Source: Mustelus asterias (lineage: Eukaryota). Taken from it: a stretch of 64,000 nucleotides of DNA. The notes under the pieces were generated by a model that was given only the letters and a program-made list of their open reading frames with translations, ran no database searches and was not told the DNA's origin. Positions 25,347 to 37,285 of this stretch are shown here, one piece after another. Position numbers and translations under genes: made by a program. The stretch is from assembly GCF_964213995.1 (NCBI RefSeq), contig NW_027590242.1, positions 186,001 to 250,000 of the forward strand. Reading direction: 5' to 3'. Positions within the stretch are counted from its first letter, which is position 1. Every line of letters begins with the position of its first letter.

Positions 25347-27504
25347 TGTTCAAATCACATTGCGCTGTCGAACAGTACCCAGTGTTAAACAGGTACAAGA
25401 GACGCTGCCATTGAAATGATGTGCAGAACTCTGAGAATATCCCAGGAATCCCCGCTGTTCAAGGCAGTTTTATGGTTTTAATTTTATTTCTATTCCTTTT
25501 TTGCCACCACACTGATCTCATTAGGCTGGGGATTTGGGACCATCAACATTTCTCCCTCGCATTTTCATGAAGTTGTTTGCAAAAAGGCTTTAATTGCTTT
25601 GACAACGGGCCATCTGGACTGGAAACATCAGCTCCTTTCTCTCCTGACAGATGTTGCCAGACCTACTGAGATTTTCCAGCATTGTCCTTTGGTTTCAAAT
25701 GCCAGCATCCGCAGTAATTTGCTTTTATCCAGGCTTTAATTATTGGAATGACATTTACTTGGAAGTTGTACAAATAAAATATCATCTTGCCAATTTATAT
25801 TTTCCGATAGTATTTAATCACAGAATGAACATGACATTTATTTAAAACATTTGTTTAGATGGTTGAGATGAGAATGAAACATTTATTGTTTAAATGGCTG
25901 AATCCTATTTTGTCCATTCAGATTCGCGCTAATCTGTTCCACACAGTATTTGGCAGCAATCCAGCCTGCTGCCAAATGCCCAAAGTTGTTTACAGGAAGC
26001 ATCTTGGGGTGTTGTTCAGTAAATCAAAGATGTTTTAACTCAGTACTTAAGCCAACTTCAAACTCTTCGGATTTTCAATGAGGACTCTTTATAAACAAAT
26101 ATAGCCTGCAATGGTACTGCAGACAATTAAATTTTCCGACGTTGTAAACCTATATGAATTATTCTCATCTCTCAAGAAAGGAAAGTTATCCAGCTTCTCT
26201 GACACGATACTGGTACCAAAGATGAGCTATCCAACAGATCTGAACATTGCGATGGACAGACAGAAATAAATACAGGCAGACAGTGATAGTTGACTCACAG
26301 GGAGATTACATGTTGCATACATAATTATGTATGTTTGTATTGTCTTTCCCTTTCATCTTCCATGGGCTGTGGAAAGTCTTGCAACTCCAGCATTTGTTTC
26401 CTCTCCCTAATTCCCTTGAAATGATTGGTTTTCTAGGCCGTTTCGGAAGGCATTGACGAGTCTGCCACATTTCTGTCAGTCTGGAGAAACATCCTGGTGA
26501 GAACAGGTGGCATGGCAGATTTCCTTAATTGGTGAATCAGAGAGGTGTCCATGATCACCATTCTTCTGTATTCCAAATGTATTAATTGAATTCAAATTCA
26601 ACCAGCTGCCAACGTCAGATTTAACTCGTGTCCCCATAGCATCAGCCTGGGCGTCTTGCATTAATATTAATCCATCATCTTTCCTAAAATAAACAAATGA
26701 TTGTGTTGATGCAGGAATGAATGATATTTGGATGCCTGATTATTTTGATTGAGGAACCAGTGAATGGAATGATGGATGTAACGATCGATGATTTTTAAAT
26801 TTTGCTCTTCTAGACTCTCATATTTGTGTTTGACTACTTCAGAAATTGATGCAGATTTTGTATTTCATTTGTGTCAGTCTATAACCTTCTGTCCTTCCAG
26901 CTTTTCTGGGTGAATTTCACCCCCGGGCTAACGGGAACAAACGAGCTGAACCTCTTTGAGAGGAGTCTGGAGATATTCCTGTATTTCCTCTGCTGATGAT
27001 CAGTCTTCATATCCAAGATAGAAAGAGGGGACATAATTAGGTTGAGGAGGGAGGATTGTAACATTTGGAACATGTGGCCCTTTCATGTGCAACAAATTAC
27101 TCAACTTATCATCATTCATATTGGGGAAGTAACAGGCTAAAATGTTAATAATATGGGAACAGGAATATCGTGAAAGTTACTGGACAGATGCAATTTTTTA
27201 ATTGCGTTCCAAAACAATGTAACACCAAATCGGGATTTTAAGATTCCAAAACTCCACAATAGGGACAGATAGTTTCAGTTATACAGTCGCTTTAAAAAAC
27301 GGATCGCACGCCCCAGTTATATATCGTGAGTTTCTGTGAGATGATGAGGTGATCACTTTTCAATGAAGTGCAGAGGCTGCTGGGTAGCTGGTCATTATCC
27401 TCGGTCTGAATTAATTTATTTTCCCATTGAATTCTGGAACATATTTGATTCACAGAAAGGCCAATGTGGTCTCAATAAGTTTGAATCTCAATTAATTATA
27501 TCAA

Positions 27505-28470
27505 AAGGTGCATGGTCCACTGTTATTTGTTATTTATATTCATGGTTTGGATGAGCATTTATGGGGCATGATTAGTAGGTTTGTCGCTGACACCAAGTAT
27601 GGTGGCATAGTGGACGGTAAAGAAGGTTATCTCGGATTGCAACCGGATCTTGATCAATTGGGCCAGTGGGCCGATGAATGGCAGGTGGAGTTTCATTTAG
27701 AAAAATATGAGGTGATACATTTTGGTAGCTCGATTCGGGGCCGGTTAATGTTCAGGCGTTGGGGAGAATTATAGAACAAATAGATCTAGGACTACAGATG
27801 TATAGCTCCTTGAAAGTGGAGTCACAAATAGACAAGGTCGTGCAAAATGCTTGGTGTCATTGGTCAGAACATTAAATACAGGAGTTGGGACCTCTTGTTG
27901 AAGTTGTACAGGACATTAGTTAGGCCACACTTGGAAGACAGTGTACAGTTCTGGTCAGACTATTATAGAAATGATATTATTAAACCAGAAATAGTGCAGT
28001 AAATGTATTTACTAGGATGCAACATTGACTTCATGGTTTGAATTAGAACGAGAGGCTAGATCACCAGCACCTTTTTTCCCCTGGAGCGTCTGAGGCTAAG
28101 GGGTGATCATATAGAGGTCTATAAAATAATGAGGGGCATGGCTAAGGCAGATAGTCAACGTCATTTCCCAAAGGTAGGGGAGTCTAAAACTAGAGGGCAT
28201 ATGTTTAAGGTGAGAGGGGAGAAATACAAAAGTGTCCAGAGGGGCAATTCTGGTGACTGTCTGGAACGAGCAGCTAGGGCATTAGTAGAGGCGGGTACAA
28301 TTTGATATTTCAAAAAGCATCAAACTTTTGCATGTTTAAGATGAGTATAGAGGGATAGGGGCCAAATGCGGGCAATTGGGACCGGCTTCGTGGTAAAATG
28401 TGAGCGCATGGGCAAGTTGTGGCGGAAGGCCTATTTATATGTTGTAAACCTCGATGACTCTGTAACTCTA
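27505..28470 (+). mobile_element. CR1 LINE 3' fragment (degenerate)
   Basis: GPLLFVIYI...ISRFVADTK...QWADEWQVEF. Confidence 0.85.
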
Positions 28471-29289
28471 AATGAATTGAAATTATATTTTGTATCAAAT
28501 AAAATGCTGCAAATAATTGGTGAAATTGTTTTTATCATAGTGAATTGATGATAATTTACAATAATTATTTCTCTTTGTGAATTGATAATGATTAGTGAAA
28601 ATTGCTTTTTAATCTTTTTGAATTAATAGTAATTTGTGAATATAATTATCTATCTGTGTGAATTGATAATTGTTGGTAATATTCGCCTCAGGCAACGACC
28701 ATCTCCAAAAGGAAGAAATCTTCCCATCGCCCCTTGGTACTCAATCATATTGTGAAAGCTGAAATACCCACTAAAAACTTCCTTGGCGTTACCATTGGCT
28801 AATCATTGAATGAACAAGGAATGCAAATGCTCCGGCTGGAATATCAAATCATCCTGGTGTGAGTAACTCACCCCCTGACTCCCCAAGCCTCTTCAACATC
28901 TATAAGGCTCAAGTCAGTAGTGTAATGGGGTTCACTCCACTTCCTTGAATGTGTGCACCTGAGGCAACATTCAAGAAGCTTTACACAATTCAGGAGAAAG
29001 CAGCCAGCTTGACTGGCACAGCATTTGCAAACATGCACTCCCTGTCCCAGAGACGAACAATAGCAGCATTGTGTGCCATATGCAAGATTCATTTCAAGAA
29101 CTTGCCAAGGCTCCTTTGGTTGCACTTTCCAAACACACGACCGTTCCAATCTGGAGGCACAAGCGGAAGAGGACCCTGGGGAATCACCTAGAAATTCCCC
29201 TCCAAGTCATTCATGGACCTGACTTGGAAATATATCGTCCTGATCTGTGGCCTAACTCCATGTACCTGCCCGAGACCCATAATCCTTGC

Positions 29290-30165
29290 TACCTCTGCTC
29301 TATAAATTATTGCCTATCTCAGATGTAAACCTAACAATTGAACGAGCATCCAGCGCCATTTGCGGAAGAGAGATCCAAATCTCTGCCACTCTGCGTGTCG
29401 AAATGTTCTATAAAGTCGCTCCTGAACGGCTTGGCACTAATTCTCAGAACACGACCCTTTGTTCTAGAGCCTTCAACTGGTGGAAATACTTTATCCTTAT
29501 TCACCCTGTCCTTCAATGTAAATATTTTTTGGGCATCTATCAGAGATCCACTCAACCTTCTGAATGCGGGAGAATAACGGCCTAATTTGTCTCATCTCTC
29601 CTCATAGCATTACCCCTGTTATCCAGCTGCCATTTCTTGTAAACCCTGCGTTGAACCCCCTCCAGAGCGACAACATCCTTCCATATGGTGCCCATGTCTG
29701 CTCACAGTACTCCAAGTGGGGTCTATCTAGGTTTTTGCACATCTGCAGCGCAACATCTGCATCCCTAAACTCCGGTCTTTTAGGCATGAAAGCCAGCATT
29801 CAGTTGACAAGCTGGACTATTTTCGGCAGCTGCTCGTGACATTTTAAGCAGGTTTGAAACCCCAAATCTCGTTGGACATCCACTATATTTAACGTTTTGC
29901 CTTCTGATAATATCTTGATCTCTCATTTTTGATCCGAAATGGCTAACATCACACTTGTCCATGTTAAAATCAATATGCCAAACCTTTGCCCATTCGCACA
30001 ATCTATCAAAATCCTTATACTGTCCTCAACAGTATCTACAAAGCTGCCCAATTTTGTCTTGTCTATAAGTTTGGATATTTGATGTTCTATGCCATTATGC
30101 AAGCCATTAATGAATCTTGTAAATAATTGAGGCATCAAGACAGATCTTTGCGGGGCACACACTTA
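29290..30165 (-). mobile_element. CR1 LINE fragment (degenerate)
   Basis: PQRSVLMPQLF, RPHLEYCEQTW. Confidence 0.8.
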
Positions 30166-31274
30166 AGCTGCATTATTCATCAACGTACACCTGCAATTCG
30201 TTGCACCTTAAATTTTGGCACTTCGCAAAAAAGGCGATGCGGTATTACATTTATGGGGATGCATTCTAAATACATTAATATCAAAGATCAAACCTGACAG
30301 CCGTATATTCACAGTAGTTGCAATTACAGGGCTTGGCACGCAGATGGAATTGAAAACTTGATGGTTTGAATTACATGAAGCAGGCACTGCCTCAATAAAT
30401 ATTACACTGGGCCCCGGGTCTGTTCATTTTGAATTGTGCTCCATGTGTATTTATGTTATAATAGGCTCTGCCTCTGATTATATTACACGACACCCTATTT
30501 AAATTAATATTGCAACAGTACACGTCAATGTTTACATCAAATAATCACTCTGATCCGATTTTTTACAGAAGGATCGAAATTTGCAGTTTCGCCACATGCC
30601 GCCCTGAATGGTGGTGGACATTTAAACAAATAACCAGAGCAGAAGCCTCAAGTAAAAACCCAATTTTTAATGACGCGGAACCCAGTACGTCAGTGCAAAC
30701 AAACAAGGCAGAAACAATTGCTCCCATCTTCAGCCTGAAGTGCTGAGAGGATGACCCATCTCGGCCTGCCCCAGAAGTCCCTAGCATCACATATACCAGT
30801 CTCCAAGCAGTTCAATTCACATTACATGATAACATAGCAACAAAAAACAGGAGTAGGTCACTCAACACCTCGAGCCCTCTCCGCCATTCAATAAGATCCT
30901 AGCTGTTCTGCGATCTAACTCCATGCTGAATGCACTGGATGCTGCAAAGATTATAGGCACTGACAATATTTCAGCAAAAGTAATGACGATTTGTGCTCTG
31001 GAACTTGCTGCGCCCCAACCAAACTGTTCAACTACAGCAACAACACTGTCATATAGCCAACAGTGTGAAAAATTGGCAGACATGCCCTGTCGCAAAAGGC
31101 AGAACAAATCCAACCCAGCCAATTACCGCCGCATGAGTCCCCACTCGATCAATATGATGGAAAGTGTCAAGAATCATCCTACCAATTAGTTTTCACTCAG
31201 CAACAATCTGCTCAATGATCCTCAGTTTTGGTCCCACCAGGAGCATATTGGTTCCAGAAATGATTTAAGTTTAA

Positions 31275-32190
31275 ACTAAGCATGGATGTAAGGGAAGTTG
31301 GGGAAATACAGAGTGATGTTTTGAGGAGTATACATATTACAGAGAAGGAGGTGCTGGAAGTCTTAAAGCGCATCAAGGTAGATAAATCCCCGGGACCTGA
31401 TGAAGTGTATCCCAGGGCATAATGGGAGACTCGGGAGGAAATTCCGGGTCCCCTGGCAGAGATATTTGAATTATCGATAGTCACAGGCGAGGTGCCTGAA
31501 GATTGGAGAGTGGCAAATGTTATACCTTTGTTTACAAAGGGCTGCAGGGAAAAGCCAGGGAACGATAGGGCAGTGAGCCTCACATCTGTGGTGGGTAAGT
31601 TGTTGGAAGATATTTTGAGAGACAGGATCTACACGCTCTTAGAGACGCAAGGAATGATTTGGGACAGTCAGCATGGTTTTGTGAGTGGAAAATCATGTCT
31701 CACAAATTTGATTGAATTTTTCTTAACTTTGGGACTTGATGATTTGTGTTTCAAACAGAGGCTGGATAGACTGTGACTTTTTTCTCTGGAGCGTAGGAGG
31801 CTTAGGGGTGATCTTATAGACGTCCATAAAATAATGAGGGGCATAGATCAGCTAGATAGTCAATATGTTTTGTCAAATGTGGGGGAGATTAAAACTAGAG
31901 GGCATGGGTTTAAGGTGAGAGGGGAGAGATACAAAGGTGTCCAGAGGGGCATTTGTTTTTCACACAGAGGGTGGTGAGTGTCTGTTACAAGCTGATAGAG
32001 GTAATAGTAGAGGCGGGTGCAATTTTGTCTTTTAAAAAGCATTTAGACAGTTACGTGGGTAAGATGGGTATAGAGGGCTATGGGCCAAATGCGTGCAATT
32101 GGGACTAGCCTAGGGGTTTAAAAAAAAGGCGGCATGGACAAGTTGGGCCGGAGGACCTGCTTTCATGCTACAAACCTCTAAAATCTCTAA
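31275..32190 (+). mobile_element. CR1 LINE with internal deletion, nested in an older LINE
   Basis: PEDWRVANVIPLF...SQHGFVSGKSCLTNLIEFF jumps directly to the 3' end near 31720. Confidence 0.85.
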
Positions 32191-33509
32191 ATCTAGAAAG
32201 TTAGTCCAAATATCGTGAAAATCGTTGATTTAATGAGGTGAGGCGAGGATGCCTGCACTTGACATCATCAAAGCACTTCACCGATGATGACATCAAAAAG
32301 TTCGAGCAAAACAGCAGTCTATGGGGATCCGGGGGAAAACATTCCACTGGTTGGAGTCATACCAAACACTGAGGAAGATAGTTGTTGTTTTTGAAAACCA
32401 ACCATCTCAGTCACAGGGCATTGCTGAAGGAATTCCTCAGTATTGTATCCTCGGCCTAATATTCAGCCTTAATTGCAAGGTCAGACGTGCAATGCTCACT
32501 AATCATTCCACAAACATTGCACATTTGTGACTCCTCAGATGCTGAAGCAGTCGGTCTCCATAAGCGGAAAGACTGAGAAAAAATTCAGGCTTTGGCAAGG
32601 AAGTGGAAAGTAACATTCACGCGACACAACTGGCTGGCAATTATACTCTCAGGTAAGAGAGGTGCCAACGTTCTCCCTTTGACATTAGATGGCATTACGA
32701 GCGCTCAAACCCACACTATCATCATTCTTGGAATTACTACCGATGGAAAACAACTGGGCAGCAATGTACATAATATTGCTAAAGAGCAGGTTAGAGGCTG
32801 GGAATTGTGTGGCGAGTCACTCACCTTCTGAATTCCCAAACACTGCATCATCTACAAGGCAAAGGTCAGGCGTGTGATTGAATATTCTCTACTTTCTTGA
32901 TTCTTGCCCCTGAAGCAACACTCAAAAAGCTCAATACCACCCAGCAAAAAGCAGCCGGGTCGATGAATTAACCCATCCACCACTTAAAACTTTCACTCCC
33001 TGCATAATAGATGCACAATGCTCGCAGTGTTCATCATAGACAATTGGTATCGAGTAACTCATTCCTTCGTTAGCACTTTCCAAACCCAGCAACTCTAACA
33101 CTTGAAAGGACAAGGGCAGCAGACGCCTGTGAATACAATTACCTGCAAGTTACCATTAACACCCACGCACCATCTTGCCTTGGAACTACACCATTTTTAT
33201 TTCACTTTCATTGGATTAACATTTTGGAACTACCTTCCGATCATCACTGTGGGTATATTTACTCAGGATGGAACAAAATGAAGAAGGCTCGCCACCATTC
33301 CCAAGTGAAATTAGGAATTGGCAAGAAATGTGGATTTTACCAGTGACACCAATATCCCATTCAATAATTGTAAATATATCAGATCTCTGCTTATACACAC
33401 CCTCCTCCCACACACTGTTTATATTACACCAGGCCATGTCTCTGGCCACATTACAGCAGGCCCTGTTCCATTGTTTCTATACTCGGCTCAACATCAGTTG
33501 TTCATGTCC

Positions 33510-33810
33510 GGGGCGGTGCGGTGCCTCAGTGGTCAGTACTGCTGCCTCACAGCGCCAAAGACCCGGGTTCAATTCTAGCCTCGGGTCACTGCCTCTGTGG
33601 AGTTTGCACATTCTCACCGTGTCTGCGTGGGTTTCCTCCCACAGTTCAAAAATGTGGCTTCATGTGGATTGGCCATGCTAAATTGCCCGTTAGTGTCAGG
33701 GCTGTTAAAAGGGTGAATGTGTCGGGTTACGGGGATTGGGTCTGTTGTCGGTGCAAGCTCGATTGGCTAAATGGCCTCCTTCTGCGCTATGGGGATTCTA
33801 TGATTCTATC
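33510..33810 (+). mobile_element. HE1-type SINE
   Basis: gggcggtgcggtgcctcagtggtcagtactgctgcctcacagcgcc...gattctatgattct. Confidence 0.9.
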
Positions 33811-34367
33811 GATTATTTTATGAGGCCAAGCCCCTATTTAAGTTCATAGTTATGACTGTACCGAACCATGTATCAAGTCATATGGCAAAAGGCCGTGTCT
33901 GAATTCTTGATGCATTGGAACATTTATGAAGTGCAGTAAACTGTAACAACATCCTGCTTGTATGACATGTGGTTTGGTTACAGTCAGTGCTCTAATAGGT
34001 CATGAGATTCTAATAAACTTGATCCTGCTTTTGTCAATTCTGCGCCAGTCTATGTATTTGGATATTCAGTGTGTGCCCTTCTCTGTTATTTTTGTATTAT
34101 GTGATCCACCTAACTGTTGCATTGTCCATGTCTCAGTGTGTACCAGAGCGTATATGGAATGAGCTGCCAGAGGAAATGGTAAAGTCAGGTACAGTTACAA
34201 AATGTAAAATACATTTGGGCAGGTACATGGATAAGAAAGGTTTAGAGGGATATGGACCAAATGTAGGCGAATGGGACGTGTTCAGTTGAGGAAACCTAAT
34301 CGGCATGGAGGAATTGCGCTGAGGGGTCGTCTTCCGTGCTGTATATCTCTATGAATTTAAGACTCTA

Positions 34368-34745
34368 GGGATAACTTCCTCTGTACTCTTCCTTCAGAGA
34401 TTCCCAACGGAGGTTGACGTTGGTGCTAGGACAGTGTAAATCTCCCTCTGCGCTGTCCAGTCAAACAAACCCAGATCATTTACAGCACAGTTTAGATCCA
34501 GAGGCAATCTCCTTCTACACAGTAAATAGCAAACCCTCGCAGGACAGGTCCAGTGCAGCTTAGCGTCAGCTACACATCCTATGTTCTGTCCATTCAAACA
34601 TAGAAATGGCTGGCACAGCCCGGGTCAGATACAGGAAATGATCAACGCACATTTTAAAGCACAGCGTCCTCTACGGATTCAATTGACTGAACAGAATTCA
34701 TTTACCAAGAAGCGCATGAATAAGGTTAAGGTGGTACATCGGCTA
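34368..34745 (-). other. Candidate endogenous viral element: NP-like C-terminal part (copy B)
   Basis: KLHWTCPARVCY...VNDLGLFDWTAQREIYTV aligns with copy A NLHCSCPANVRY...VRGLGAFDGTAKMALYPV, and has the same host junction. Confidence 0.5.
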
Positions 34746-36744
34746 AAAGTTAACTTCATATTCTGGAGTGAAGACAATGACGCAGTGCGAAGACACAATG
34801 CACAGAACCAGACAGGAGGAAGACACAGAGAAACAGATAAAACACAGGAAATCTCGACAAACATATTTGTCGTGTGATTATAGTTCGAAATTAGCGGGAA
34901 TCTTTCCTAATTCTGATCGCAGATATGATCATAGCTTATTTTTCACATATAACTGACGAAGGAAAAATGTCTCAAAAAATAAAAACTACCGGAATACGTT
35001 GATTGATTTGCACATTTATCTCTATTTCTGTGCTGTGCAAATGGCGAAATATTTGTTTTGTTTTCAGTCAACAATCTAATCTGGGATTTCTATTTCTGTA
35101 TTTATTTACATAAACACCTCACTGGGTTACAGTGAAATGTTCATGGTAGCAAAACCAGATAAACCGCCACCTATTGATTAGTTTCAACTCACAATAGCGA
35201 TTTATTTTAAGAATATTCACAGGTGGTTCAAAATGATTAGAAGCTTCTTGAACACCAATTAGACCAGATGCTATTTAATTAAAAATAAAAGATACATTCA
35301 ACTTAAGAATCAGTTCAAAAAGTCCTGATAATAAATGAAGCATTTGTGAACAGGCTTGTGGGTTCCATTGAAAGTCAATTTGAATGGCGATTTAATCTAC
35401 TTGAACTACACAAGTTAAAGCATCAGCCAGAGGACTGACCTTTATTCACATTAATTTCAGAGGTTTCAACATATCAAGAATTAACATTTAAAATGTTGAC
35501 ATGTGAAAAGAACTTCCATTTTCAAAATGCTTTACCCGACCTCATTTCGCCCGAAAGCATTTAAAACTCGCTGAGGTACATTTGCTGAATTTAGTCACAG
35601 TCGCGATGTTGGAAATACAGCAGGTAATTTGTGCACAGCAAGCTCCCACACACCTTGATGAGATAAATGGCCAAAGAAATTGTGATTATTATTGAAGAAT
35701 GCATATTGGCCGAGGATATTTTCATTCTGAGATTCATTTTGATAACATCCATACAGATTATAATTGATAGAACAGACTGTTTGATTTCCCAAATAAAGCA
35801 ATGCAATTTACATAAAGTTTACAGTGGCAATAAAAATTGATTGTAAGGGATTTCTTCTTTTAATTGTTCACAAGGTTTCCACTTGGCCATTTTATATATC
35901 AAATAAAGTTAATTCTCAACCTATGAAATCCCTTCCTCTATCTGCCCTCAGTTGATTTTGTCTTCTGGTTTTTGAGCATCATGCTCCGATTTCACCAAGT
36001 AAAACCGTTCATTGATGGTCTGACAGTGTACTTTCTACAGGCTCTATCCTACGGGATGGATTGCAGGAAAGCAAGAATTCTGGAGTTCAAAATTCTACAC
36101 GTCTCTTTAGGATTCTGGGCCACTGCAAGATCCAACAACCCAGTCATTTTCTTCAGGATTCCCCTCGGTGCGTAGAGTTCTGCTCTTTAGAATTATATCA
36201 GTGAGATTTTGCATTTTATCATCGATCTGAAATGCGAATCTGTTTCTCTCTCAGCTGATCCCCACTGACCTGCTCAGTATCTATTTTGTTGTTTTTGTTT
36301 CAGATTTCAGGAACCTGCAGTATTTTGCTCTGTTTTATTTATTCTCGGGATGCCAGCATCACTGAAAAATTCACCATTAATTGCCCACCCTGAGAAGGTG
36401 GCTGTGAATCACCTATTGAAAACCTGCCCTGTCATCGGTTTTATTCTTGTTTGAATTTCTGCAGCAGTTTTGAAAGAATAGAATGGTTTCTTCGGTAGTT
36501 AAGAGACAATGACGTCATGTGTAACTGGAGTCATATGTAGGGCAGGCAGGGTGAATAGGAATATAGGAACAAGGAAAGAAAGGAGCAGGACTAGGCCACT
36601 CGACCCTTCGAGCCTCCTCCGTCATTCAACATGATCATGGCTGGTCATTTATCTCTAAGGCCACATTCCTGATTTCTGTTCATGCCCTTTGATATCATTT
36701 AAATCTGATCAAAAATCGAGATCTTTCATGAATATATTCAGTGA

Positions 36745-37285
36745 CTTGGAAGGATGCTGATGCATTTGAAAGTGTGCAGAAAAGAGTTACTAGGATGCTG
36801 CTTGGTTTGGAGGATATGATCTATGAAGAAATGTTGAACAAAGTTGGATTGTTTTCATTGGAGCGTCGAAGGATGGGAGGAGGAGGGAGTGGGGTGGGAG
36901 TGGGTGGGGAACTGATAGATATTTACAAGATTACGAAAGGCTTGGATAGAATGGATCGTCAGAGTCTTTTTTCCCGGGGCCGATGGGTCAATTACTCGGG
37001 ACATAAGATGAGAGTGAGAGGGGGTATGTTTAAAAAAAATGAAAGGGGCAAATTTTTCACATGGAGGATGGTAAATGCTTGGAACTGTCTGCAGGAGGGG
37101 GCGGTGGAATCAGAATCTAGAACAAAAGTTGAAGAGGTACCTACAGAGATACATGAATAAGCGGGGAATAGAGGGATATAGGCCATCTAGAGGCAAGAAA
37201 ATATTAGATTAGGGAGGCATTTGTGTCGGCACAAACTTAGTGGGGTGAAGGGCCTGTTCCTGTTCTGTATTGTGCTTTGTTCTTT
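36745..37285 (+). mobile_element. CR1 LINE 3' fragment
   Basis: ORF 36741..37160 VQKRVTRML...GLFSLERRR. Confidence 0.85.

Noticed and set aside
28500-28680. Recurring TGTGAATTGATAAT motifs as a regulatory array
   Set aside because: It is best explained as a decayed AT-rich minisatellite.
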